Shown: in pieces, positions 1 to 8,548 of the stretch
Layout of the letters: every line of letters begins with the position of its first letter
Numbering within the stretch: position 1 is the stretch's first letter
Virus record (IMG/VR): IMGVR_UViG_3300023172_000035
Span: 1-56,824 of that record
Reading direction: 5' to 3' (one strand)
DNA length: 56,824 bases
Origin: a virus
Taxonomy: Duplodnaviria > Caudoviricetes
Made by a program: the position numbers and the translations under genes
The notes under the pieces: generated by a model
The model's database searches: none
What the model saw: only the letters and a program-made list of their open reading frames with translations
What the model was told of the DNA's origin: nothing

Positions 1-120
1 ACAGCCCTCAACCATAACACTACTTCTAGCAAAAGTTCCGTTGGGGTACATAAGTAGTGGAGTTCTTTTCATTAACTTAGTTCTTCTTCTGTTGGTTGTG
101 TTTCAGTTGGGTGATTCCAT
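1..120. repeat. Terminal overlap, copy 1 (identical to 56610-56729)
   Basis: 120 nt match base for base; indicates a circular or circularly permuted assembly. Confidence 0.95.
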
Positions 121-242
121 TGTGCTATGTATGGACCTTGACCATTGCTATCATCTTGTAAAACTATTGTGCCTGTATCAGGCATAAAGTCATCTATCGT
201 TAAATTTGGTCTTAATTCTAATATCTTTTCTACTAATGTCAT
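72..242 (-). CDS. XkdW-like small tail-fibre-associated protein, copy 1 (56 aa, not in ORF track)
   Basis: Hand translation MTLVEKILELRPNLTIDDFMPDTGTIVLQDDSNGQGPYIAQWNHPTETQPTEEELS; TAATG coupling at both ends; paralog of 778-939; D..G.YIA.WN...PTEEEL pattern as in XkdW. Confidence 0.75.
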   Translation of the reverse strand: MTLVEKILELRPNLTIDDFMPDTGTIVLQDDSNGQGPYIAQWNHPTETQPTEEELS

Positions 243-778
243 TATGTTGCACTCACTAAAAAACCTTGAAATGTAACAGTAGCACTTCCAAATACTGCTG
301 TATTGGTAGCTACTCCATAATTATGATATGACCAAAACTCAACATAATCAGATGAGCCATTTAAGTGTAACAATGCACTAGTTTGTGTTGATGATTGAGA
401 GGCAGATGAGCTTCCTTCAAAACCTGTATCATTTGAACTATTCTTATAGATTCTTGCTACTAGCACTTTACCATCACTTGTTCCTGTATATCTAACCATT
501 CCTTTAATATAATAATATCCTGCTACATTGGGAGTAAACCTAGAAACTGATGTGTCATAACAACTTGCTGTATCAAACACTTCTGTATCAAATGATATTT
601 TAGTAAATACGTTACTTGTTACTGATTGAGCAGATGATTGATATGCTCTAAATGCAGGTCCAACAATTCCAACTGTACCTGTAGTTGAAGGTAAAGTAAG
701 AGTATTAGTTCCTGCTACAGCAGGTGCTGAGATTGTGATCTCACCACTCGTATCACCTGTTAATTTTATACTTGCCAT
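242..778 (-). CDS. Tail-tip protein with C1q/TNF-like jelly-roll domain
   Basis: PAFRAY...ISFDTEVFDT...YD....RFTPNVAGYYYI...F.GFLV is the C1q signature; lies in the tail-fibre cluster. Confidence 0.75.
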   Translation of the reverse strand: MASIKLTGDTSGEITISAPAVAGTNTLTLPSTTGTVGIVGPAFRAYQSSAQSVTSNVFTKISFDTEVFDTASCYDTSVSRFTPNVAGYYYIKGMVRYTGTSDGKVLVARIYKNSSNDTGFEGSSSASQSSTQTSALLHLNGSSDYVEFWSYHNYGVATNTAVFGSATVTFQGFLVSAT

Positions 779-939
779 TATGCTAATTCCTCATCTGTAG
801 GTCTTGATTCTGTTGGGTGATTCCATTGTGCTATGTAATCTCCACGACCATCTGAATCATTTTGTACAATTATGTTATCCATAAAATCTGCATCTGTTAT
901 ATTTGGTCTTAATGATTTAATTTTTTCTACTAGTGTCAT
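778..939 (-). CDS. XkdW-like small protein, copy 2 (probable start 939, 53 aa)
   Basis: MTLVEKIKSLRPNITDADF...DSDGRGDYIAQWNHPTESRPTDEELA; ATG overlaps the upstream stop (TAATG). Confidence 0.75.
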   Translation of the reverse strand: MTLVEKIKSLRPNITDADFMDNIIVQNDSDGRGDYIAQWNHPTESRPTDEELA

Positions 940-1382
940 TATGCTTTCCTTATAAAGTGTGCTTGAAACCAATTATCATCTTCTGTTACTTCAAAAGATG
1001 TGCCTGATGTGTAACCATAACACTCAAAATAATCATCTGCATCAGCATAAACTAAAACATTTAATCTTGGATATTTCATTCCCTCTACAATACTTCTTCT
1101 ATAAACTGCTCCATTTTTATAAAGAGCAACAGCATTAGTTGTTGAAGATGAACCTCTATTGCCCATACTAAACATATAGTATCCTGCTACTGTAGGTGTA
1201 AATCTATAATTTGTAGCATTGTCATATTTAGAATCTGTATCCCACATTTCTGTTGCACAAGCCATTTTTGTCCAAGTAGTAGCTGAAACAGATTGGTTAG
1301 ATGAAATTCTTGCACTAAAAGATGGTGCTGATATTAATAAATCTGTATTATCATTTTTTGTACCATGTAAAATGATTGCCAT
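939..1382 (-). CDS. Tail-tip protein with C1q-like domain
   Basis: PSFSA...WDTDSKYDNATNYRFTPTVAGYYMF...WFQAHFI; paralog of 242-778. Confidence 0.75.
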   Translation of the reverse strand: MAIILHGTKNDNTDLLISAPSFSARISSNQSVSATTWTKMACATEMWDTDSKYDNATNYRFTPTVAGYYMFSMGNRGSSSTTNAVALYKNGAVYRRSIVEGMKYPRLNVLVYADADDYFECYGYTSGTSFEVTEDDNWFQAHFIRKA

Positions 1383-2215
1383 TAATTATTCTCCAATGCT
1401 GTAATTCTTTCTTCTAATTCTTGTATTGTTTTGACTAGTAAAGGTACAAGTTTACTTTGGTCTATTCCTTGATAGATTGCATCACCATTATCATCAACTG
1501 CATCTTTTGTTCCTGTTACTGCTACAGGTACAACATCTGAAACTTCATGTGCAAGAAATCCCTCTACTGTTTCTGATTCACCTATGAAATTAAACTTACA
1601 AGGTTTTAATCTTTTAACTTCTGTTGTTGCATCAAATGTATAATTGACATTTTCTTTTAGTCTGTAATCTGATGACGTATTAAAGTTTGTTACAGATGCT
1701 GTCCAACGAATACTGCCGACCTCACTACCAGCTACATTAAAAAAAGGAATACCCCAACCACCATTAGAAACTCCATTTTGAAATGATGCAACATGTTCAC
1801 TACCATTTCTGCTTTTTACCTGAAATGCACCACCTGATGAACTTATATTGCTTGTTGTTGCTACTAGCAAATCACCATCAGAATCTATTCTCATACGTTC
1901 TGTGCCACCAGTATATGCTATCCATGTGTCATCAAATAATTGCATACTTCTGACATTGTTTGGTCTTATATCAATAGAATGGTCTGTGTTTGTTTGTATG
2001 TTAAAATCTGAATTCCCTGCTGATATTTGCCCTGTTACTGTATTTGTTGTGTCAGTAAAAGTTATTGATGGAGTGTCAGGGTGTTCTAATGTTAAATTAC
2101 CACTACTATCCATGTGTACTTTAGTTGTACCATTAGTTTGTAGGTCTATTTCACCACTTGTATCTGATACAAACTTTAATCCATCACTTGTATCTGCATT
2201 AATTTTAACTGTCAT
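1382..2215 (-). CDS. Tail fibre subunit with C-terminal intramolecular chaperone (peptidase S74); probable start MTVKINAD at 2215
   Basis: TSSDYRLKENV cleavage motif, GFLAHEV, IDQSKLVPLLVKTIQEL coiled coil; ERMRIDSDG fibre repeats. Confidence 0.85.
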   Translation of the reverse strand: MTVKINADTSDGLKFVSDTSGEIDLQTNGTTKVHMDSSGNLTLEHPDTPSITFTDTTNTVTGQISAGNSDFNIQTNTDHSIDIRPNNVRSMQLFDDTWIAYTGGTERMRIDSDGDLLVATTSNISSSGGAFQVKSRNGSEHVASFQNGVSNGGWGIPFFNVAGSEVGSIRWTASVTNFNTSSDYRLKENVNYTFDATTEVKRLKPCKFNFIGESETVEGFLAHEVSDVVPVAVTGTKDAVDDNGDAIYQGIDQSKLVPLLVKTIQELEERITALENN

Positions 2216-2691
2216 AGTATAACTAGCCTCTCTCCTGATGGGATCGTTACTGTAACCCCTGAATTGATTGTAAGTGGTCCAACACACATTGCTGATTTAC
2301 CAGTTGATAAAGTATAACTTGTTGTAACTGTCCTTGAGTTTTCATTAAAAACTTTGTCTGTACCACCGCCAGTAGCACCGCCCCCCATTTCTGATATATC
2401 TTCAAATAACTTAGCTACAGGTCTTAATTCAAATCTGTCCCCAGTAGAAAACGCCCTAGCTGATGTATTATCTTGTGCTCTGACTACAGTTAAAGAGTCG
2501 GTTGACCTAGCTGTAACTTTAACAATTTCAAGATTGTTTGAAGTATCTATAAGAGTCCCATAAAAATAATCATCAGTGCTTAAGGTAGGAAATCTAGATC
2601 CTTCACCTGAAGCTAGAGTAATAGTTGTAGCAGAATCTGTAATACCTGCTGATAATGTGCTAAATCCGTTATTTGTAACTTTAACTGTCAT
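2212..2691 (-). CDS. Short tail-fibre anchor/adaptor protein
   Basis: N-terminal ~95 aa are paralogous to those of 5693-6679 (NNLEIVKVTARS, ARAFSTGDR.ELR); C-terminal GGGATGGG..VF.EN...GPLTINSGVTVTIPSG. Confidence 0.7.
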   Translation of the reverse strand: MTVKVTNNGFSTLSAGITDSATTITLASGEGSRFPTLSTDDYFYGTLIDTSNNLEIVKVTARSTDSLTVVRAQDNTSARAFSTGDRFELRPVAKLFEDISEMGGGATGGGTDKVFNENSRTVTTSYTLSTGKSAMCVGPLTINSGVTVTIPSGERLVIL

Positions 2692-2700
2692 ATGCGTATT

Positions 2701-3453
2701 CTACCTGTTTAAAAACAATTTCTCTATAAAAAAAGCAGGTGGATCTAACTCCCACCATTTGTGTCCATGTCTGTAATCTTTCGATATTGTATGATGATAA
2801 TTGTGCCAACCCTCACCCCAAGATAATAGACTAGCTAATATACTATTGTAAGACTTATCATCACCTCTTGGCTCTACTACTTGATATCCACCAAACTTTT
2901 TAGAGTGTGGTATGACTGCAAATGCACCTGCTGCTTGATAAGCACAGGCTGCAGGAAAACTAAATGCAAATATACCCAACATTGGGTTTATCAAATAAAG
3001 TACAAAAGCATAACCTAATAACATCTTCCAATAGTGTTTAGTAATAAACATATAATCTTTATCTTTGAGTATGTCTTTGACCATTGTTTTAGGTACAGTT
3101 ATTGGATCATATAGGGTAAGCCATGCTCTAACATAACCAATATTGTGAGGTGCTTCATTATCTTTAATACCACCACTATATCTATGATGATATCTGTGCA
3201 TAGCTGTCCATGATAATGGGCTACCAAATCCGCATGGTATTGATAAATATTTTAATAATTTTGTTTTAAATGGTGTAGTTTCAAATGACCTATGAGATAC
3301 AAATCTGTGCATTGCAATATTAACGCTAAATATCATAACAAAAAACCATGCAGCAACTCCATAAATAATATATTCAGGAAACATTATTGAACCTGTAATA
3401 GCTATTATGGTATTAAGTAACGCTAATAACTGTATCTTTCTTGCTTCTTTCAT
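2701..3453 (-). CDS. Membrane fatty acid desaturase, Delta9 (DesC/OLE1)-type
   Basis: Three His boxes HRFVSH, HRYHH, GEGWHNYHH; hydrophobic segments; C-terminal WWELDP. Confidence 0.92.
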   Translation of the reverse strand: MKEARKIQLLALLNTIIAITGSIMFPEYIIYGVAAWFFVMIFSVNIAMHRFVSHRSFETTPFKTKLLKYLSIPCGFGSPLSWTAMHRYHHRYSGGIKDNEAPHNIGYVRAWLTLYDPITVPKTMVKDILKDKDYMFITKHYWKMLLGYAFVLYLINPMLGIFAFSFPAACAYQAAGAFAVIPHSKKFGGYQVVEPRGDDKSYNSILASLLSWGEGWHNYHHTISKDYRHGHKWWELDPPAFFIEKLFLNR

Positions 3454-4159
3454 TAGTCCATCCTAGCAAAGTTATAATAGAAACCCAAATATCAAACTTG
3501 TAATATCTTAATTCTGGTTTGATATGATGGTTCTTGTGGTGTGTTTCATTAAATATTAAAGGGTAAAGTATAGGTCTATTCTTGATTCCATCTTCTTGAT
3601 GACACATTACATTGATACCATAGTTAGTAATAGCATTGGTCATAGCACTAGGCAGTAACCACAAATATAAATACATCTCTAAACCTAGTAACGACAACAA
3701 TATCAAGTTAATAGATAAAGCATAAAGTCCTATATGTTTAGTTACATGAGCTACAAACTTATTTCTAAATAAATCTATACATCTTTTAGGTTCAGCATAA
3801 TGGTAATAACTCATAAATATCATATAAGGTACTGAACAATACTTAGGACTATGAGGGTCTTTTTTTGTATCTGCATAGTGATGATGAGTTCTATGCCAAG
3901 CACTCCATGTTATTGGTGTGCCTGTAAGACTACCTACAGAAAACATTGTTAGCACATTTTGTAACCATACAGGTGGATTCCACAATTTGTGAGCCGCATA
4001 TCTGTGTAAGAATAATCCATGTATGCAATCACCTAAAAACCAAAACATAATGTAGGATATTAATAGTTGTTCCCATGTTAAAACGTACAAGCAATAAGGA
4101 ACACTTGCTAGAAAAATCCAATATATTGAAGTTAAAATTCCCACTAATACTCCCAACAA
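3413..4159 (-). CDS. Membrane fatty acid desaturase, divergent second copy
   Basis: His boxes HRYAAH, HRTHH (followed by ADTKKDPHSP), HKNHH; TM segments. Confidence 0.9.
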   Translation of the reverse strand: MLGVLVGILTSIYWIFLASVPYCLYVLTWEQLLISYIMFWFLGDCIHGLFLHRYAAHKLWNPPVWLQNVLTMFSVGSLTGTPITWSAWHRTHHHYADTKKDPHSPKYCSVPYMIFMSYYHYAEPKRCIDLFRNKFVAHVTKHIGLYALSINLILLSLLGLEMYLYLWLLPSAMTNAITNYGINVMCHQEDGIKNRPILYPLIFNETHHKNHHIKPELRYYKFDIWVSIITLLGWTNERSKKDTVISVT

Positions 4160-4647
4160 TGTCTAACATTGTTAGGGGAATCATCATTTATTTCTCTTGT
4201 ATATGTGCCTAAACACACACCATCGGTTTGTAATCTTTGAAAATATGTATCTACTCTACTGTCTTTAACACAAGTAATTATATATTTAGATACACCTATA
4301 GATTCCTGATATGTTCTATGTGCTGTGTGCCATTCTGCACTATGAAATACTGCTTTACTCCCGTTTACTGTACCATTTAAAACCCATGCCCAAACAAAAG
4401 TATCTAATGGATTATGATTACCTACTATCCAATTAATAGGGTTTCCGTCTTTCTTAACTAAAATACCGTGCCTACTTACTGCCTCATAGTTAAACTGTTC
4501 TTTAGTCCATTCTTTTATTTGGTCATCAGTACTTAATGTACTAGGATACAATAATGTACCTGATTTAATATCATCTAATGATGTTTGGAATAAACTATCA
4601 AACAGTGTGTCATCTATTGTATCTGCTCTTTCAAATGTTATTGCCAT
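4144..4647 (-). CDS. Hypothetical protein, possibly GNAT-like fold
   Basis: ORF with SD GAGGT; alpha/beta pattern (ILVKKDGNPINWIVG...SIGVSKYIITC...YFQRL) suggests GNAT, weakly. Confidence 0.5.
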   Translation of the reverse strand: MAITFERADTIDDTLFDSLFQTSLDDIKSGTLLYPSTLSTDDQIKEWTKEQFNYEAVSRHGILVKKDGNPINWIVGNHNPLDTFVWAWVLNGTVNGSKAVFHSAEWHTAHRTYQESIGVSKYIITCVKDSRVDTYFQRLQTDGVCLGTYTREINDDSPNNVRHCWEY

Positions 4648-4656
4648 AAACCTACC

Positions 4657-5709
4657 TCAAACTATTTTTAATGTGTATGTTGCACTAGTGCTATTTAAAA
4701 AATTATATAAAACATTATTAGCCTCGTCTAAAAGGTAAGAACTATTCCCTGCTGAGATTGTCCTATAAGTATCTGCCCCACTTGGTTCAAAATCTGATGT
4801 TCCTAAACTACTTATTCTGTAAACATACGTTTTATTATCATTATTTCTTGACAGCACAAAAAATCTCATTCTGTCTTTCAAACCATTAGCATCACTACCT
4901 GTTACCTCTATTTTCCCACTATAACCACCACCAACTTCTTGGGCTGTAGCATTTGTTCCATGTACAGATATTACTGTAGTATATTGAGAATTGTTTTCAG
5001 GATTTCTAACTGAATTTGTACCTGAAGTTACAGAACCTCTATTACCAAAACTATTCAGGACGCTACTATTTAAGTTAAACCCCCTGTGATATAAAGTCTC
5101 CCCTTTACCAGTTGTAGATGTCCAGTTACTGACTTGAAATGTCATAGTACAAAATGGGTCATCATCTGCAAATTTTACTATCTCAACATCATAAGTTGAA
5201 TTGAGATTCATTATAGGAAAAGATCCTGTAATATTTTTGTCAGTACCTGATGTACTAAAATCAATCTCACCATATCTTCTTCTTTTAGTTGTACTTCCAA
5301 GTTTTACAGTATCAATATCCATTCTATCACCTGTAACTCTAAAAGTAGTTGGTTGAGTTCCTGTGGTTATTATAGTATCACTAATAGGAGCTTGATATGC
5401 CCTGTTCAACCCTATTGTATTTGTGCTTAAACTAAAACTACCAATGTTAGAATTTGAGTTAGGTGTGTTTTCATGTCTACCATAAAAATATTTAGAAGCT
5501 TTATCTAATACTCTACCAGCAGTTACAGTACCGTCTGCTAAATAAGTAATGTTTGATGTACCATAAAAGTTGGCAGCCATTTGTATCTGTCCACTTGCAG
5601 CTGCATTACCTTTACCATATAGAGATGACATAGCTATTTGACCCGAGCCTAAACCAAACTCATTCCTAATATCACTAAGTTTTATTTGACCACTACTTAC
5701 TAAAGGCAC
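4657..5709 (-). CDS. Putative tail-fibre tip adhesin/receptor-binding protein
   Basis: N-terminus MPL.SSGQIKLSDIRNEFG...IAMSSLYGK is typical of proteins encoded directly after S74 fibres; Gly/Ser/Thr/Asn-rich beta body. Confidence 0.6.
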   Translation of the reverse strand: MPLVSSGQIKLSDIRNEFGLGSGQIAMSSLYGKGNAAASGQIQMAANFYGTSNITYLADGTVTAGRVLDKASKYFYGRHENTPNSNSNIGSFSLSTNTIGLNRAYQAPISDTIITTGTQPTTFRVTGDRMDIDTVKLGSTTKRRRYGEIDFSTSGTDKNITGSFPIMNLNSTYDVEIVKFADDDPFCTMTFQVSNWTSTTGKGETLYHRGFNLNSSVLNSFGNRGSVTSGTNSVRNPENNSQYTTVISVHGTNATAQEVGGGYSGKIEVTGSDANGLKDRMRFFVLSRNNDNKTYVYRISSLGTSDFEPSGADTYRTISAGNSSYLLDEANNVLYNFLNSTSATYTLKIV

Positions 5710-6679
5710 TTTTTAACTCCTTAATTTCCTCTTTGAGTTCCTTAATACAGTTAATTAAAAGACCATGTATAGCGTCATACTCTACTGTTTTATATTTCTT
5801 ACCATCTACAAGTTTAAGTTCTTTTTCTCTAACAGCTTCAGGTAAAACTTTTTCTAATTCTTGTGCAATGATTCCAGCAGACTTTTGTCCATTGTGTCTT
5901 GTAAATGTAACACCTCTGACTTCATCTATTTTATCTAATGCGTTAGGTATTAACTCTATATCAGACTTTAATGCAACATCTGATATTGTAGTTGAGAAAG
6001 CAATAACATCTCCATCTACATGTAAGTCGCCATCTGATTCTAGTCTCATGTCTTCAGCGTCATTTGTTTTGAATCTCATGCTATTGTCAGAGTGATAGTA
6101 AGCTATTTGTCCTACATCTGGGTCATTTGTATCTTTAAAGTTTATATAACTTACACCTGTGTTTGCTGCTGATATATTCATTCCAGCATCTCCACCTGTG
6201 TTTTCTACTTCTAATAAATTAGCAGGACTTGCAGTTCCTATACCTACTCTGTTGTTTGTAGAATCTACTTTTAATGTAGATGTATCAATAGTCAAATCAC
6301 CACTACAAGATATAGCACCTGTACCCGTAATATTATTTGAGTTTAAATCTAAATCAGCCGCTAATGATGTAAGGGTAGTAGCAGCATCGAGTAGAGATTG
6401 TGCTGTAATCCTAAGTTCTATTCTGTCGCCAGTAGAAAAAGCTCTAGCTGTCGTACTTTCTTGTGCACGAGTAACAGTTAATACATTACCGGATCTAGCC
6501 GTAACTTTTACAATTTCTAAATTATTTGATGCATCTATAAGAGTTGCTCTAAAATATTCACTGCCTGTTAAGGATGGAAATTTTGATCCACCACCAGATA
6601 CAACAGTTATACTTGTATCAGAATTTGTAATGCCAGACGCTAATGTAGATATAGCATTATTAGTAAACTTTATTGTCAT
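5693..6679 (-). CDS. Tail fibre with C-terminal S74 chaperone
   Basis: NNRVGIGTASP repeat; ISDVALKSDI, GIIAQELEKVLPEAV, LLINCIKEL. Confidence 0.88.
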   Translation of the reverse strand: MTIKFTNNAISTLASGITNSDTSITVVSGGGSKFPSLTGSEYFRATLIDASNNLEIVKVTARSGNVLTVTRAQESTTARAFSTGDRIELRITAQSLLDAATTLTSLAADLDLNSNNITGTGAISCSGDLTIDTSTLKVDSTNNRVGIGTASPANLLEVENTGGDAGMNISAANTGVSYINFKDTNDPDVGQIAYYHSDNSMRFKTNDAEDMRLESDGDLHVDGDVIAFSTTISDVALKSDIELIPNALDKIDEVRGVTFTRHNGQKSAGIIAQELEKVLPEAVREKELKLVDGKKYKTVEYDAIHGLLINCIKELKEEIKELKSAFSK

Positions 6680-6695
6680 TTAAAGCCCCTTTGTT

Positions 6696-7136
6696 TTAGC
6701 TTACAGTCACAGTCCATGTAATCCCTAATGTATCAGCCGCACCTTTGTTTATCACAGAAAATACAGTTCTACACAATAGAGTACCACCTGAACTTGCATT
6801 TAATAATCCAGCTTCCGTAATAGCACCTGTACCTGTACCAGCACCAAATGATGCTACGTAGGCAACAGAGTTTGTAGTTACAGTAGTAGAAGTAAGAGCA
6901 ACACGCCCTGCCTCACTACCTAGTGCAGTATCGCCAGCTGCAGCCGCAGTTGAATCTGTACCAATAGCCATGTGTGACATAGCAGCATCTGTAGTATCTT
7001 TTAATCTAGACGCAATTAAGTTTTTACCTGTGGTAACAACTAAATTAGGTACTACAACTTCTTGCTTTACGTTTCCTTCTGGATTAGTAACAGTAATTTT
7101 AAGTTCGCCTGTTACTTTAATTAAATCATTAATCAT
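6696..7136 (-). CDS. Conserved tail/collar structural protein
   Basis: NLVVTTGKNLIA...MAIGT...DTALGSE...ITEAGLLNASSGGTLL pattern common in phage tail modules. Confidence 0.65.
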   Translation of the reverse strand: MINDLIKVTGELKITVTNPEGNVKQEVVVPNLVVTTGKNLIASRLKDTTDAAMSHMAIGTDSTAAAAGDTALGSEAGRVALTSTTVTTNSVAYVASFGAGTGTGAITEAGLLNASSGGTLLCRTVFSVINKGAADTLGITWTVTVS

Positions 7137-7148
7137 TCATCCGTCTCC

Positions 7149-8210
7149 TTAAGTATTAGCTCCAGCTGAAAGTGGAGTAGCATTACATACATGTCCACCC
7201 AACGAACTATCATCAACATCAGTATAATGGAATGTGACAACAAGTCCAGCGTTGGATGAATCGCCTTCTGTTATTTTATCATCGTTAACTATGATTTGCC
7301 CTACATAACCAGGTCCACCAATGATACCTGTATTAGGCTCATCTCTAGTAAATATAAACCCGACTGTACCATCAGATATGTTAACAAGTTCTGGATACAT
7401 AGGTGTTGTAACCCCAAGAGTAAGTGTTGTACTTATGCTCTCAGACGCAGAAACACTGTCTGTAGATACTAAATCTACAGTTATAGAATTTACAGCATCC
7501 GATGGTATAACACTATCAGCCTTAACTATACTTGGTTGTAAAATTGAAGATTCAGACATAGTTACTGAATCAGACCTACTAGTCGTAAACTCTTTAGCAT
7601 CAGACTCAGATGCAGATACTGAATCAGTAGGGACAGTATTTATAGTTTTTGCATCAGACTCAGACACAGATACTGAATCAGTAGGGACAGTATTTATAGT
7701 TTTTATATTAGATTCAGATGCCGTTACGCTGTCAGATTGTGGTATATCTGGCTGTAATGCTGGTGAATCAGAGGCTGATACTGAATCTGTTTTACCTGCA
7801 GGTGTTATTGTTTTAGCATCAGAATCGGTAACATTTATAGGGTCTGGATCAACATCATCATCACTTGGGTCAAAATCTACTGAAGAATTTATTATCTTAT
7901 TTGGTGTATCAGTTATTGTTACTGAATCAGACTTAACTAGCTGAGCATCAAATACTGGGTCGCTATCTGAAGATGTAACAGAATCTCCAGGAATCAAACT
8001 AATTTCAAGAACTGGGGAGTCAGTTATAGATACTGAATCAAATTTCTTACGTGTTGGTACTAATTCAAAAGCTTTTATACCTAGCCTAGAAGTATTTACT
8101 GTAGCTGATATCTTATTACCATCACTAACTACAGAACTAACACTATTAACACTAACGCTAAATGATATAGCCGTTGCGGCAATAGCGGATACAAGTCTTA
8201 TATTAGCCAT
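7149..8210 (-). CDS. Acidic Ser/Asp-rich repeat structural protein
   Basis: Many DSV(S/T)xS(D/E)S repeats; in the tail operon. Confidence 0.65.
   Translation of the reverse strand: MANIRLVSAIAATAISFSVSVNSVSSVVSDGNKISATVNTSRLGIKAFELVPTRKKFDSVSITDSPVLEISLIPGDSVTSSDSDPVFDAQLVKSDSVTITDTPNKIINSSVDFDPSDDDVDPDPINVTDSDAKTITPAGKTDSVSASDSPALQPDIPQSDSVTASESNIKTINTVPTDSVSVSESDAKTINTVPTDSVSASESDAKEFTTSRSDSVTMSESSILQPSIVKADSVIPSDAVNSITVDLVSTDSVSASESISTTLTLGVTTPMYPELVNISDGTVGFIFTRDEPNTGIIGGPGYVGQIIVNDDKITEGDSSNAGLVVTFHYTDVDDSSLGGHVCNATPLSAGANT
7597..7704. repeat. 54-bp tandem duplication (KTINTVPTDSVSxSESDA x2)
   Basis: 7597-7650 and 7651-7704 are nearly identical. Confidence 0.9.
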
Positions 8211-8542
8211 TAGAAGTTACTTCTTACTCTAAACTTTAGTAGGTCATATACAGTGTGTAAATTACCATTGAAGTTAACTACTATTTCACCTTCATATGAG
8301 CCTTCATCAACATCTAATTCACCACTAGTAAAATTAAATTGTACTTTACCATCAGAACCATCATTAGTTTTTGCACAGCTAATCGTTGATAATACTGATG
8401 TCCCACCTACAGCTCTAAACTTTACTGATACTGAAGTAGTAGCCGCTGATAAGTCTAATGCAGTATTAGCCACATCATCGTTTAATGTCAATTGTATGAG
8501 TGGTAACTCATCTCCTTTTACTAATTTAATTACATCTGCCAT
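8210..8542 (-). CDS. BppU N-terminal-like tail attachment protein
   Basis: KGDELP.I.L.L...ALDLS...DGKVQFNF...G.YEGEI pattern. Confidence 0.55.
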   Translation of the reverse strand: MADVIKLVKGDELPLIQLTLNDDVANTALDLSAATTSVSVKFRAVGGTSVLSTISCAKTNDGSDGKVQFNFTSGELDVDEGSYEGEIVVNFNGNLHTVYDLLKFRVRSNF

Positions 8543-8548
8543 AGTCTA

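Noticed and set aside
1-120. Biological direct terminal repeat
   Set aside because: Lies inside tail genes far from terS and is followed by a divergent allele; better explained as assembly overlap
72-1382. Diversity-generating retroelement or invertible shufflon for the tail tips
   Set aside because: No reverse transcriptase or invertase; the repeats are direct and their differences are not adenine-specific
1382-2287. ORF-track starts at 2287 (also 972, 15158, 19626, 20966, 25666)
   Set aside because: Downstream ATGs with SD or stop-start coupling are more plausible
7321-7944. Long antisense ORFs (also 6159-6683, 12870-13328, 44745-45170, 54449-54934 and others)
   Set aside because: Opposite well-supported genes, no SD, composition typical of reverse-frame shadows
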